A stretch of 64,000 nt of DNA, taken from the NCBI GenBank assembly GCA_039621445.1, contig CP154954.1:2418001-2482000 (forward strand), in the 5' to 3' direction. This DNA comes from Euglena gracilis. Lineage: Eukaryota. The number at the start of each line of letters is the position of its first letter. Within the stretch, counting starts at the first letter, position 1. Positions 36,801 through 50,962 of this stretch are shown piece after piece. The notes under the pieces were generated by a model, which saw only the letters and a program-made list of their open reading frames with translations, was not told where the DNA came from and did not search any database. The position numbers were made by a program, and so were the translations under genes.

Positions 36801-39671
36801 GTCTTTAAAGAACTCCTGCGTTGGGGCGAGTTGCCAGCGCTGATTATGGGCATCCCCCCCAAGCCCTCTTGAGGAAATTACCTTACGGGAAAAATGAACG
36901 GGTGCGAACCCAACAAAGGTTGCTTGTCGGGGCGAAGCAGGGCCACTTTGCTCCAGGGTGCTTTTTTTTTCAATCGCCAACTTTCTTTCCTTTCTGTTCC
37001 CCGGCGACCTGCCTGACGGATTTTCAAAATTTCACTTTCATCGCAGCAGGAAAGGAAGCTGCCATCGCCCATAAAGCATCTGAATTTTTGGGTATAGGGA
37101 GGGCAATGGCGAAGCGAAGACGCCATCCCTAAGAAAAGCAACCGCTCGGCCGAAATGGGGGTTTTGTGAGCCAGCCTTTTTGTTTCGAAGATGGCCCACT
37201 CCCGCTTGGGCGGTGCCGCGGCCCCGAGAAGGCTCACCAGGGCCGTTCATGTTTCCTAGAGGGCCGGGAAGCCGAAATACAGGCTGTTTTTTTTTGGAAC
37301 CGACGCGAACGAAAACGCCCTGCCGGACCGGACCGTCCCAGGCGCCACGCGGCTCACAAGTCCGACACATTCAAAGCCGGGCGAGCAGTGCTGAAAACTC
37401 ACCACTCACTAGGGCTTTCCAGAGTGTCGGCCAACCAAAATGGTGTAAATTTTTGGACTCGGCGCCCTCAAAAACCCCCTGCTGCAACCTGTCGGCGATT
37501 AACCGGACCTTGGGGTGTTCTCTCATTGGGAAGGAGGAGGACAAAAAAGTGGTGGATCTCCAGCACTCAAAAACTCAAGTTTCTTTGTGAGTTGGCAGGC
37601 CGGAAAACACACCCCACATAGGTTTTTGGGGGTGCTGAGTCCAAAAAAGTGGGTCATTTTGACTCACTTTTTGTTTTGAGAAACTCGATTTTTTCCAAAT
37701 GCGACACATCTCGGCGATTTGCGCCCGAAAATTTGAGGGGAAAACCAGGAAAAACGTCCAGAAAATCACATTTAGGTGTGAGCTGAAAATCCGCTGGGGA
37801 AAAGTGGAGGCCACTCTCCATTTTCTGGGTCGCAAAACTCAGAAAAAGTGTCAAAAAAACGTGGTTGCGTGAATTTTGCTGCGCTTTTGGGGGAAAGTGC
37901 ACAAATATACTTTGTAGAAAGAGTCGCCGTTAAAAAAATAATAAAAAGTGACTTTGCCAACTGAAAATTTCTGGGTTGCCCAACAGTTGGCACGTCAAAG
38001 TGCACCAAACACAGGTTTCTTAGGGTGCTGAATTTAAAAAAAGTGGGTCATTTCACTTAATTTTTCGTTTTGAGAAATTTGATTTTCCCCAATTGAGGGA
38101 CATCTTGGCAATTGTGGCCACGAATTTTGATGGAAAAGTGTGGAAAACCGTTGGAAAATAGCTGGTGCACCGTTGGTTGAAAAAGTTTGGAGGAAATTTG
38201 TGGACAACCCCCCGTTTTTTGGGTCGGCGAACTCAGAAAAGCTGTCAGAAAACAGTGGTTGCCGACTTTTCCTGGAGCATTGTGCAAAAATTGCACAATT
38301 TTCTGGGGGAACGTTTTCAAATTTTGTTCAAAATCGACCACCAAACCTGGGGTTTTAAAGGTTCTGAAGGCAAAAATTTGGGTATTTGTGCTAAATTGTT
38401 TGTTCTGAAACATGCTTTCTCCAAAAATCATGCTTTCTCCAAAATGAGGAACGTCATCCCTGAAAACACACAAACAAAAAAAGAGGACGATAACCACTGC
38501 GTCAGGGTTGCTGAAAAATATGGAAATTCCACGACCATTTTTCGGTCTCTGAACCTAAAACGATTGCCAGAAGATGTGGTTTTACAATTTCGCTGGTGAA
38601 TTTTCCGTCAAGTTTACTGACGTTTTTTTTTTGAAAACAATATCTGCTTGTGGCACGAAGTATGCAAAGAAAAACAAGAGTGAACACAATGTGATTGTGC
38701 AATTATTTCAACAACTGACCGCACTTTAACTTCGCATTCACCTGGAGAAATCTCGAAACAGAAAGCCTTACAAATGAGAATTTCACCAATTTCAGACCCC
38801 CAGGGGTGAATCCTTCTGAGTCTTGGTCCTTGGGGACCAAGACTCGGAAGGATTAGCCCAAACGTGTGATATTCAGTGAACAATGAAAGAGCAAACAAAA
38901 GACGTTGCAGTGGAGGAACATACACATCATGATCCTGACAAAATTCTCTATCCATCAAGCCAACTTTCAGATCACGCATCCCTTTGGATCAGGACTTTTG
39001 GTGGTGTGGTGTGGGTGGCCGGAGCGCACGCACACCCAAAGTAGCGGAAATCTCCGCTACGGTCTGACGTCATCTTTTGTGCGTTTCATTCCTCAGGCTC
39101 CCCTGTTTGCATGCATTCAAAATGGGCAGCAACAGCCTGAGCTCAAGTCCAAGTGTCAGGGCCCCAAAGTGCTTCTCACACATCATATACAGTCATTCAT
39201 TCATTCTCATGCGTGCGTGCGTGCTCAGGTGCCAACTTTTTGGCACCTGAGCAATGGCCCCAAAATGGTTCGAAATGGCCGCTGCTTCCCCCTGACGATT
39301 TTGTTGAGGATGTTCATATTGTTTTGTTTGGACAAGACACATTTCAGAAAAAAATTAGAAGCTTTTTTTTTTCTGGGCAGGCGTTTGGCAAATACCCACC
39401 AGTCTGCAAAAGTGGTCACCCCACCCTTGAGCCCCCCCCCCCCAAAGCAGAAGGGAGGAATGGAATCCCCGAACCCTGGGCGGGCGGCGGGACCCCCCAC
39501 AGCAGTGCTGATTTGGCAGGTGGAAAGTTTTCTTTCCGCGCCGAAGAACCTTCTCCTTGCTCGTTTCCATGGTGGGTGGGAGAGGTCTGATCTGACCCCC
39601 CCCCACCCGAATGGTGGGGGGGTCCACCACCCCTACCCAGGCTGTGCACTAAATGAAAGTCTGGCGCGTAG

Positions 39672-39813
39672 TCTGGCGGCGGTGCCCCGGGGGCATGGGC
39701 TGTCCCGAAAGACGCTGTTCCTGATCCAATTCATGGCCCGGCAGTGCGCCGCGGTGAAGTTCGTCGCCAAGGTGGACGACGACACGTACGTCCACGTCCC
39801 GCGCCTCGCCCTT
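39672..39813 (+). pseudogene. Exon of a GT31 (beta-1,3-galactosyltransferase/Fringe-like) glycosyltransferase containing the DxD motif
   Basis: LAAVPRGHGLSRKTLFLIQFMARQCAAVKFVAKVDDDTYVHVPRLAL matches the GT31 pattern L-x2-K-T...F-x2-K-x-DDD-x-Y-V. High GC3. No other GT31 exons recognised. Confidence 0.8.
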
Positions 39814-40031
39814 GCCCAGGGGCTTGCTCGCCGGAAGGGGGGCGAGATGTCTCCCTCGGGATGACACGCCCTGCCCACCGTGCTGCTTTTTTGGCAAGGT
39901 TGGAACTTGCGACCCCCGGGTTTGGGGGGGGGGGTCGCGTTGCGCAGCATACCCCAAGATCCTGAGGCGTCGGGTCCCGAAACGGCCATCTTTAAAGAGA
40001 AATCCACCGAGATCGAGGCCCAGCTGGGACC
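39814..40031 (+). other. Putative non-conventional intron directly after the GT31 exon; copy at ~49324-49544
   Basis: Begins GCC-CAG after a pyrimidine and has CTG at 40024-40026. Bulged pairing of the two ends over about 20 nt; no TSD left. Confidence 0.5.
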
Positions 40032-42524
40032 CACAAACGCTGTGCGGCGTGTTGTACTGGCGGGCGGTGCTGCCCCCGGAGGGGGACCAGGGATTTCTTG
40101 GAGTTGGAACCCACGGGAGAGGGCACTCTACCCTGGGGGTCCAGTGGGGGTTTTCCTCCATTTTTGGCGCGAAAAGCCAGAAATTTTTTTGAGCCGACCC
40201 AAAATTGACCCCCGAAATTGGGTCCCTCGGACCACTCTCCAGGGGGGGGGGGACTCTAGGTGGGTGGGTGGGTGGGGGGCAGGGGTTTTTTTTAGCCTTG
40301 GACCCTCGCCTGTGGGGTCCCAGAGGGGGGTGGGATACACTTTTTGGCACCGAAGGAAATTTTTTGAAAAGGGTGCTATTTTTTGGCATTTTTCGCGATT
40401 TTTTTGGGTTGTGGGTTGGGTCCCGGGACCCCCCCCCCAGGCCAGAATTTTATGACTTTTTTTTGACTTGCATCATTTTTATGATTTTTTGTTTTTGTTG
40501 TTGTTTTTCCGGTCGCCCAGAAATTGTTCTAAAGAAACGTTTTTTTTTTGAGGGTCTTTGTCATGACTCATTCTGTTTCACTTGTGGTTTCTCCTCGGGG
40601 GGCTGAGGGGCCCCGCCAACACCGTCGCCCCTGAAGGGCCACCTGCGGCCCTCCCTCAGGCTGTACCTCTCCCCCCCCCCCCGGAGCCCCTCACGTTCAC
40701 CGTTCTGTGGCAGCACAACCGCAACCCAACGAGTCAATGGCCAATTTCCCCCCCAAAACTCCCCAAGGACCCCTCCCCCCCCCCAGGACCCCCCAAGACA
40801 GGGTCCTGGGGAGAACTGGCCATGTGTGACTGCAACACAGCGACGTCGTTGGAAACGGCCCAGGTGGGTGCCAGACCAAGCTGCTTTTTGACTCAGAGTC
40901 ACCCTGGGCCATGGGAGTGGTGGGTGGGTCCAGGGCTGACCCTCCCCCGGGAGGTTGGTGGTCCCGCGCCCCGGCGTCTGGGTATGGGTCGAGCCGACGT
41001 ATTTTGTCGCTTCGTGTCAAAAACTACGAGGAAATGGGTTGCCAGCCAAAAAAAGTATCACATTGGTTTTTTTACTGCTGATTTTTATAAATTTTATGTC
41101 TTTTTGTTTGACTTGCATCATTTTTATGATTTTTTGTTTTTGTTGTTGTTTTTCCGGTCGCCCAGAAATTGTTCTAAAGAAACGTTTTTTTTTTGAGGGT
41201 CTTTGTCATGACTCATTCTGTTTCACTTGTGGTTTCTCCTCGGGGGCTGAGAGGCCCGCCAACACCGTCGCCCCGCTGCCCGCCCTGAAGGGCCACCTGC
41301 GGCCCTCCCTCAGGCTGTACCTCTCCCCCCCCCCCGGAGCCCCTCACGTTCACCGTTCTGTGGCAGCACAACCGCAACCCAACGAGTCAATGGCCAAATT
41401 CCCCCCCAAAACTCCCCAAGGACCCCTCGCCCCGCCAGGACACCCAAGACAGGGTCCTGGGGAGAACTGGCCATGTGTGACTGCAACACAGCGACGTCGT
41501 TGGAAACGGCCCAGGTGGGTGCCAGACCAAGCTGCTTTTTGACTCAGAGTCACCCTGGGCCATGGGAGTGGTGGGTGGGTCCAGGGCTGACCCTCCCCCG
41601 GGAGGTTGGTGGTCCCGCGCCCCGGGGTCTGGGTATGGGTCGAGCCGACGTATTTTGTCGCTTCGTGTCAAAAACTACGAGGAAATGGGTTGCCAGCCAA
41701 AAAAAGTATCACATTGGTTTTTTACTGCTGATTTTTATGAATTTTATGAATTTCTTTGACTTGCATCATTTTTTCGATTTTTTGTTTTTGTTGTTGATTT
41801 TCCGGTCGCCCAGAAAGTGTTCTTCAGAATTGAGGGTCTTTGTCATGACTCATTCTGTTTCACTTGTGGTTTCTCCTCGGGGGGCTGAGGGGCCCCGCAA
41901 ACACCGTCGCCCCGCTGCCCGCCCTGAAGGGCCACCTGCGGCCCTCTCTCAGGCTGTTCCTCTCCCCCCCCCGGAGCCCCTCACGTTCACCGTTCTGTGG
42001 CAGCACAACCATCTGCTGCAACGCGGCGACCCGCAGAACCCCGGCCATGGCCTTTTGGGTTGGTGGCGAGGAGCGGTGTTAAGTACGTGGGCCCAGGGGA
42101 TGGTGAGTGTCCAGAGGGTCAAAGGAAGTGACTGAATGCATTTGGGACAGCTGAATGGAGGTTTAAAAAAAATCCCCCCGCATACTCAGGATGTGATTTC
42201 ACAGGTTAATTCATCTCGTTTTCGAAATTTTTTTTGTGAAGAAAAAATATTTTTTTGACATAATCGTCATTCTTTGCACCCTTCCTGACAATCTAATTTC
42301 TCACACAATTTCCAGTTTATTATTTTTTTTATTTTTTTGCAAGGGTGGATTTGTCTTCTCCCATTCGCCTCCCTCCCCCCGGAACGTGGTTGCTGTTTTT
42401 TTTTTTTTGAGGACGGACACACACTGGGGGGGGGGACTCCATGGGGGGTGCTTTGGCCAAGCAGTGCCAAAATGTCCAACTTTAGGTGCAAAGTCTGTCA
42501 TTCCACCGTTTAGGTGGCAGGTGC

Positions 42525-45500
42525 CCCCCAGACTGAATTTTGAATTTTTGGTGAAATGCCCCAAACGGCCCGGAATTTGTTTGGGGGGGGGGTCCCAGCC
42601 CCCCCTCTTCAGGGGCTCGCACCGGGCTGGGTGGGGGGAACACCCCCTCTCTCTCTTCGTATACATTAATATATATATATATATCAAAAACTTTTGTTGT
42701 ATTAAATAGCCCAAGTCCACTAAGAAGGAAGGTCCAAACCACCCCCCAAATGTCAGCAACCTCTCCAAATCTAAGCAGAACCAAATTTCAAGCAACCCCT
42801 GAAATTAGGTGAAAAGAAGAGAAAATGCAGGAAAACAGCAGAGTGCCCGACCATGATATACGGGAAACACGGTGGTTTCGCTGGTGTAATTCCCTCCGTT
42901 GTCTTTTTGTTGTTGCGGTTCTCAAAGGTTGAAGTCATTTTGGCATTGCGAAAATGTCCGACGAATTTTGTTGGTGCTTTATCAATGTTGAACCTGTACC
43001 GCCCCCCCAACACCCGCCCCCCCCCCCCCCCCCCCCCGGGGGCCCCCCCTCCCCCAGCCCCCCCCCCAGCGTTCAAAAGAGCATTTTGGGAGCCGCTTTA
43101 GGTTCCCGAAACGTTGTCGGCATGGTGTGCCGGGACTGCTCCCCAGGTGCCCACTTGGTCGAACGTACGCTCACACACGTGCAAAAAAAGCCAGGGCCCT
43201 AGAGACCCCCAGGCTGTTTTTTTCTTCAAGGGAGGGCACACCCCCTGGAACCCCGCCCACACCCCCTGCACGACGTTTTTAAGGAAATTTTTTTACAGAA
43301 ATTCCGGGCTTTTTTTAAGTCAATCTTTGTTACTCTTTTTTGGGAAACTTTGGTTAAAATCGTCTGTGAGACATTTTTTTTTTACCATTGTTGGACCGGC
43401 ACCGGCAACGGGTTTCTGAAGCAGGAGGTTGCTGGGGGGGGGGGTTGGTCTGAGGCGGACTCTGCCGTGAGGCCCAGCCCGGAGGCCTGGGGATGGCTTC
43501 GGTGCAACGTGGAAAAGTTTGGTTTGCCCCCCGGACTGAATTTTGAATTTTGGTGAAATGCCCCAAACGGCCCGGAATTTGTTTGGGGGGGGGGGTCCCA
43601 GCCCCCCCTCTTCAGGGGCTCGCGCCGGGCTGGGTGGGTGGGGGGGAACACCCCCTCTCTCTCTTCGTATACATTAATACATATCAAAAACTTTTATTGT
43701 GTTAAATAGCCCAAGTCCACTGAGAAGGAAGGTCAAACCACCCCCCAAATGTCAGCAACCTCTCCAAATTTAAGCAGAACCAAAGTTCAAGCAACCCCTG
43801 AAATTAGGTGAAAAGAAGAGAAAATGCAGGAAAACAGCAGAGTGCCCGACCATGATATACGGGAAACACGGTGGTTTCGCTGGTGTAATTCCCTCCGTTG
43901 TCTTTTTGTTGTTGCGGTTCTGAAAGGTTGAAGCCATTTTGGCATTGCGAAAATGTCCGACGAATTTTGTTGGTGCTTTATCAATGTTGAACCTGTACCG
44001 CCCCCCCCCAACACCCGCCCCCCCCCCTCCCGCCTGGGGGGCCCTACCTGCCCACAGCCCCCCCCCCCCCGGCGTTCAAAAGAGCACTTTGGGGAGCCGC
44101 TTTAGGTTCCCGAAACGTTGTCGGCATGGTGTGCCGGGACTGCTCCCCAGGTACCCACTTGGTCGAACGTGCGCTCACACACGTGCAAAAAAAGCCAGGG
44201 CCCTAGAGACCCCCAGGCTGTTTTTTTTTTCAAGGGAGGGCACACCCCCTGGAACCCCGCCCACACCCCCTGCACGACGTTTTTAAGGAAATTTTTTTAA
44301 CAGAAATTCCGGGCTTTTTTTAAGGGAATCTTTGTTACTCTTTTTTGGGAAACTTTGGTTAAAATCGTCTGTGAGACATTTTTTTTTTACCAGGACCGGC
44401 ACCGGCAACGGGTTTCTGAAGCAGGAGGTTGCTGGGGGGGGGGGGTTGGTCTGAGGCGGACTCTGCCGTGAGGCCCAGCCCGGAGGCCTGGGGATGGCTT
44501 CGGTGCAACGTGGAAAAGTTTGGTTTGCCCCCCGGACTGAATTTTGAATTTTGGTGAAATGCCCCAAACGGCCCGGAATTTGTTTGGGGGGGGGGGTCCC
44601 AGCCCCCCCTCTTCAGGGGCTCGCGCCGGGCTGGGTGGGTGGGGGGAACACCCCCCCCTCTCTCTTCGTATACATTAATACATATCAAAAACTTTTATTG
44701 TATTAAATAGCCCAAGTCCACTGAGAAGGAAGGTCAAACCACCCCCCAAATGTCAGCAACCTCTCCAAATTTAAGCAGAACCAAAATTCAAGCAACCCCT
44801 GAAATTAGGTGAAAAGAAGAGAAAATGCAGGAAAACAGCAGAGTGCCCGACCATGATATACGGGAAACACGGTGGTTTCGCTGGTGTAATTCCCTCCGTT
44901 GTCTTTTTGTTGTTGCGGTTCTGAAAGGTTGAAGCCATTTTGGCATTGCGAAAATGTCCGACGAATTTTGTTGGTGCTTTATCAATGTTGAACCTGTACC
45001 GCCCCCCCACCCCCCGCCCCCCCCCCCCTCCCGCCTGGGGGGCCCTACCTGCCCACAGCCCCCCCCCCGGCGTTCAAAAGAGCACTTTGGGGAGCCGCTT
45101 TAGGTTCCCGAAACGTTGTTGGCATGGTGTGCCGGGACTGCTCCCCAGGTACCCACTTGGTCGAACGTGCGCTCACACACGTGCAAAAAAAGCCAGGGCC
45201 CTAGAGACCCCCAGGCTGTTTTTTTTTTTTTCAAGGGAGGGCACACCCCCTGGAACCCCGCCCACACCCCCTGCACGACGTTTTTGAATTTTTTTACAGA
45301 AATTCTGGGCTTTTTTTAAGGGAATCTTTGTTACACTTTTTTTGGAAACTTGTTAAAATTGTTAAGGTTAAAATTGTCTGTGAGACATTTTTTTTTACCA
45401 TTGTTGGACCGGCACCGGCAACGGGTTTCTGAAGCAGGAGGTTGCTGGGGGGGGGGGTTGGTCTGAGGCGGACTCTGCCGTGAGGCCCAGCCCGGAGGCC

Positions 45501-45530
45501 TGGGGATGGCTTCGGTGCAACGTGGAAACG
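42525..45530 (+). repeat. Three tandem copies of a ~1001-bp segment (single copy at ~18650-19615 and ~35067-36035)
   Basis: Junction GTTTGGTTTG|CCCCCCGGACTGAATTTTG at ~43526 and ~44527. ORF-track pair 43939/44940. Confidence 0.92.
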
Positions 45531-48500
45531 TTTGGTTTGGAGAATGCCTTTGGATGGCCAGATTTTCGGGGGGCCCCTGGGGGTGCCACGCCGGGGCTGG
45601 CTGGCCGGTCCCCCCCCCCCCCAGCAATTGGCCAAGGGTCATGCGACAATCTCCTGGGCGGGAAGGTTTGACACAACCTGGACAAAAATAATGATGATGG
45701 GGAAACAAAAATAAGGAAAATACATGATGGGGAATCGTCGAGCAGTTGCAAGGCTAAGCCTTCTCAACAACGCCAGAAGTAGGGTGCCATTGAACGGGCC
45801 TTGTGTGTGTGCATGTGTGCGTGTGTTTGTGTGGGGGGGTGTCTTTATGTTCACAAGCACATGTATCCCATCTGTCAAGTAGAATGTGTTAGTGCATTTG
45901 TGTGTGTTCGTGCAAAATAGTCATTTTTTTTGCCCACAGGCCATCACGGCTGTCCCCCCGAAGGACCAGGGCGGTGGCAAAGGCCTGAGGGGTAGGTTGG
46001 GGTTTCCTCTAGCAACTGTTCATCGTGTCCATGCATTTTGTGTACACTCCGTTTCTTTTTAATCTTGATGATAAATATGTTCTGTAAATATCCCACAGCA
46101 ATGTCGTCACAAGTTGCTTGTACCTCACTCGATTTATATTCTCTTTTTTTAATTTGCATTTTTTGAAACTTGATGAAAATTTCATTAGCAAACGACAAAG
46201 TCAGTCAAGTTGGAGTTTTTTCGGCTTTTGAAAGAAGACTCTCTTTGCTTTTTCCTTGTCTCGCCTTTCCAAAATACCCCCCCCCCCAAAAGTGGGCACC
46301 CCCCACCGGTCTTTAAAGAACTCCTGCGCATGGGGCGAGTTGCCAGCGCTGATTATGGGCATCCCCCCCAAGCCCTCTTAAGGAAATTACCTTACGGGAA
46401 AAATGAACGGGTGCGAACCCAACACAGGTTGCTTGTCGGGGCGAAGCGGGGCCACTTTGCTCCAGGGTGCTTTTTTTTTCAATCGCCAACTTTCTTTCCT
46501 TTCTGTTCCCGGCGACCTGCCTGACGGATTTCAAAATTTTTACTTTCATCGCAGCAGGAAAGGAAGCTGCCATCGACCAGAAATCATCTTAATTTTGGGG
46601 TATAGGGAGGGCAATGGCGAAGCGAAGACGCCATCCCTAAGAAAAGCAACCGCTCGGCCGAAATGGGGGTTTTGTGAGCCAGCCTTTTTGTGTCGAAGAT
46701 GGCCCACGCCCGCTTGGGCGGTGCCGCGGCCCCGAGAAGGCTCACCAGGGCCGTTCATGTTTTCTAGAGGGCCGGGAAGCCGAAATACAGGCTGTTTTTT
46801 TTTTGGAACCGCCGCGAACTAAAACGCCCTGCCGACCGGACCTTCCCAGGCGCCACGCGGCTCACAAGTCCGACACATTCAAAGCCGGGCGAGCAGTACT
46901 GAAAACACCACTCACTAGGGCTTTCCAGAGTGTCGGCCAACCAAAATGGTGTACATTTTTGGACTCGGCGCCCTCAAAAACCCCCTGCTGCAACCTGTCG
47001 GCGATTAACCGGACCTTGGGGTGTTCTCTCATTGGGAAGGAGGAGGACAAAAAAGTGGTGGATCTCCAGCACTCAAAAACTCAAGTTTCTTTGTGAGTTG
47101 GCAGGCCGGAAAACACACCCCACATAGGTTTTTGGGGGTGCTGAGTCCAAAAAAGTGGGTCATTTTGACTCACTTTTTGTTTTGAGAAACTCGATTTTTT
47201 CCAAATGCGACACATCTTGGCGATTTGCGCCCGAAAATTTGAGGGGGAAACCAGGAAAAACGTCCAGAAAATCACATTTAGGTGTGAGCTGAAAATCTGC
47301 TGGGGAAAAGTGGAGGCCACTCTCCATTTTCTGGGCCGCAAAACTCAGAAACAGTGTCAAAAAAACGTGGTTGCGTGAATTTTGCTGCGCTTTTGGGGGA
47401 AAGTGCACAAATATACTTTGTAGAAAGAGTCGCGGTAAAAAAATAATAAAAAGTGACTTTGCCAACTGAAAATTTCTGGGTTGCCCAACAGTTGGCACGT
47501 CAAAGTGCACCAAACACAGGTTTTTTAGGGTGCTGAATTTAAAAAAGTGGGTCATTTCACTTAATTTTTTGTTTTGAGAAATTGGATTTTTCCCAATTGA
47601 GGGACATCTTGGCAATTGTGGCCACGAATTTTGATGGAAAAGTGTGGAAAACCGTTGGAAAATAGCTGATGCACCGTTGGTTGAAAAAGTTTGGAGGAAA
47701 TTTGTGGACAACCCCCCGTTTTTTGGGTCGGCGAACTCAGAAAAGCTGTCAGAAAACAGTGGTTGCCGACTTTTCCTTGAGCATTGTGCAAAAATTGCAC
47801 AATTTTCTGGGGGAACGTTTTCAAATTTTGTTCAAAATCGACCACCAAACCTGGGGTTTTAAAGGTTCTGAAGGCAAAAATTTGGGTATTTGTGCTAAAT
47901 TGTTTGTTCTGAAAACATGCTTTCTCCAAAAATCATGCTTTCTCCAAAATGAGGAACGTCATCCCTGAAAACACACACACAAAAAAGAGGACGATAACCA
48001 CTGCGTCAGGGTTGCTGAAAAATATGGAAATTCCACGACCATTTTTCGGTCTCTGAACCTAAAACGATTGCCAGAAGATGTGGTTTTACAATTTCGCTGG
48101 TGAATTTTCCGTCAAGTTTACTGACGTTTTTTTTTTTGAAAACAATATCTGCTTGTGGCACGAAGTATGCAAAGAAAAACAAGAGTGAACACAATGTGAT
48201 TGTGCAATTATTTCAACAACTGACCGCACTTTAACTTCGCATTCACCTGGAGAAATGATTGCTCTCGAAACAGAAAGCCTTCCAAATGATAATTTCACCA
48301 ATTTCAGACCCCCAGGGGTGAATCCTTCCGAGTCTTGGTCCCCAAGGACCAAGATTCAGAAGGATTAGCCCACACGTCTGATTTTCGGTGAACAATGAAA
48401 GAGCAAACAAAAGACGTTGCAGTGGAGGAACATACACATCATGATCCTGACAAAATTCTCTATCCATCAAGCCAACTTTCAGATCACGCATCCCTTTGGA

Positions 48501-49181
48501 TCAGGACTTTGGTGGGGTGGTGTGGGTGGCCGGAGCGCACGCACACCCAAAGTAGCGGAAATCTCCGCTACGGTCTGACGTCATCTTTTGTGCGTTTCAT
48601 TCCTCAGGCTCCCCTGTTTGCATGCATTCAAAATGGGCAGCAACAGCCTGAGCTCAAGTCCAAGTGTCAGGGCCCCAAAGTGCTTCTCACACATCATATA
48701 CAGTCATTCATTCATTCTCATGCGTGCGTGCGTGCTCAGGTGCCAACTTTTTGGCACCTGAGCAATGGCCCCAAAATGGTTCGAAATGGCCGCTGCTTCC
48801 CCCTGACGATTTTGTTGAGGATGTTCATATTGTTTTGTTTGGACAAGACACATTTCAGAAAAAAATTAGAAGCTTTTTTTTTTCTGGGCAGGCGTTTGGC
48901 AAATACCCACCAGTCTGCAAAAGTGGTCACCCCACCCTTGAGCCCCCCCCCCCCAAAGCAGAAGGGAGGAATGGAATCCCCGAACCCTGGGCGGGCGGCG
49001 GGACCCCCCACAGCAGTGCTGATTTGGCAGGTGGAAAGTTTTCTTTCCGCGCCGAAGAACCTTCTCCTTGCTCGTTTCCATGGTGGGTGGGAGAGGTCTG
49101 ATCTGACCCCCCCCACCCGAATGGTGGGGGGGTCCACCACCCCTACCCAGGCTGTGCACTAAATGAAAGTCTGGCGCGTAG

Positions 49182-49323
49182 TCTGGCGGCGGTGCCCCGG
49201 GGGCATGGGCTGTCCCGAAAGACGCTGTTCCTGATCCAATTCATGGCCCGGCAGTGCGCCACGGTGAAGTTCGTCGCCAAGGTGGACGACGACACGTACG
49301 TCCACGTCCCGCGCCTCGCCCTT
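49182..49323 (+). pseudogene. Second copy of the GT31 exon
   Basis: Same sequence as 39672-39813 with one A-to-T amino-acid change (QCATVK). Confidence 0.8.
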
Positions 49324-50962
49324 GCCCAGGGGCTTGCTCGCCGGAAGGGGGGCGAGATGTCTCCCTCGGGATGACACGCCCTGCCCACCGTGCTGCTTTT
49401 TTGGCAAGGTTGGAACTTGCGACCCCCGGGTTTGGGGGGGGGGGGGGTCGCGTTGCGCAGCATACCCCAAGATCCTGAGGCGTCGGGTCCCGAAACGGCC
49501 ATCTTTAAAGAGAAATCCACCGAGATCGAGGCCCAGCTGGGACCCACAAACGCTGTGCGGCGTGTTGTACTGGCGGGCGGTGCTGCCCCCGGAGGGGGAC
49601 CAGGGATTTCTTGGAGTTGGAACCCACGGGAGAGGGCACTCTACCCTGGGGGTCCAGTGGGGGTTTTCCTCCATTTTTGGCGCGAAAAGCCAGAAATTTT
49701 TTTGAGCCGACCCAAAATTGACCCCCGAAATTGGGTCCCTCGGACCACTCTCCAGGGGGGGGGGACTCTAGGTGGGTGGGTGGGTGGGGGGCAGGGGTTT
49801 TTTTTAGCCTTGGACCCTCGCCTGTGGGGTCCCAGAGGGGGGTGGGATACACTTTTTGGCACCGAAGGAAATTTTTTGAAAAGGGTGCTATTTTTTGGCA
49901 TTTTTCGCGATTTTTTTGGGTTGTGGGTTGGGTCCCGGGACCCCCCCCCAGGCCAGAATTTTATGACTTTTTTTTTGACTTGCATCATTTTTATGATTTT
50001 TTGTTTTTGTTGTTGTTTTTCCGGTCGCCCAGAAATTGTTCTAAAGAAACGTTTTTTTTTTGAGGGTCTTTGTCATGACTCATTCTGTTTCACTTGTGGT
50101 TTCTCCTCGGGGGGCTGAGGGGCCCCGCCAACACCGTCGCCCCTGAAGGGCCACCTGCGGCCCTCCCTCAGGCTGTACCTCTCCCCCCCCCCCCGGAGCC
50201 CCTCACGTTCACCGTTCTGTGGCAGCACAACCGCAACCCAACGAGTCAATGGCCAATTTCCCCCCCAAAACTCCCCAAGGACCCCTCCCCCCCCCAGGAC
50301 CCCCCAAGACAGGGTCCTGGGGAGAACTGGCCATGTGTGACTGCAACACAGCGACGTCGTTGGAAACGGCCCAGGTGGGTGCCAGACCAAGCTGCTTTTT
50401 GACTCAGAGTCACCCTGGGCCATGGGAGTGGTGGGTGGGTCCAGGGCTGACCCTCCCCCGGGAGGTTGGTGGTCCCGCGCCCCGGCGTCTGGGTATGGGT
50501 CGAGCCGACGTATTTTGTCGCTTCGTGTCAAAAACTACGAGGAAATGGGTTGCCAGCCAAAAAAAGTATCACATTGGTTTTTTACTGCTGATTTTTATGA
50601 ATTTTATGACTTTTTTTTTGACTTGCATCATTTTTATGATTTTTTGTTTTTGTTGTTGTTTTTCCGGTCGCCCAGAAATTGTTCTAAAGAAACGTTTTTT
50701 TTTTGAGGGTCTTTGTCATGACTCATTCTGTTTCACTTGTGGTTTCTCCTCGGGGGGCTGAGGGGTCCCGCCAACACCGTCGCCCCGCTGCCCGCCCTGA
50801 AGGGCCACCTGCGGCCCTCCCTCAGGCTGTACCTCTCCCCCCCCCCCGGAGCCCCTCACGTTCACCGTTCTGTGGCAGCTGCCGCGGACAACTGATGCCC
50901 CCAAATCGAGGGGCGTGGCAGTTTCCCGGCAGGCTCCCCCACGCTGACCTGTGGAGTGCCCC

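Larger units (their letters stand above)
23738..39113 (+). repeat. Large segmental duplication, copy B (tandem to A; its first 820 bp have no counterpart in A but match copy C)
   Basis: 23738 (GTGGCCGATCC) aligns to 58642 and 24558 aligns to 7935. Homology with A ends at TTTGCATG (39113). Confidence 0.95.
40445..50878 (+). repeat. Further rearranged copy of the distal half of the unit; 45500-50878 repeats 36000-41365 at a ~9.5 kb offset
   Basis: ORF-track pairs 36002/45506, 39153/48664, 39744/49254, 40582/50094. 42010-43520 matches 18145-19610. Confidence 0.92.
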
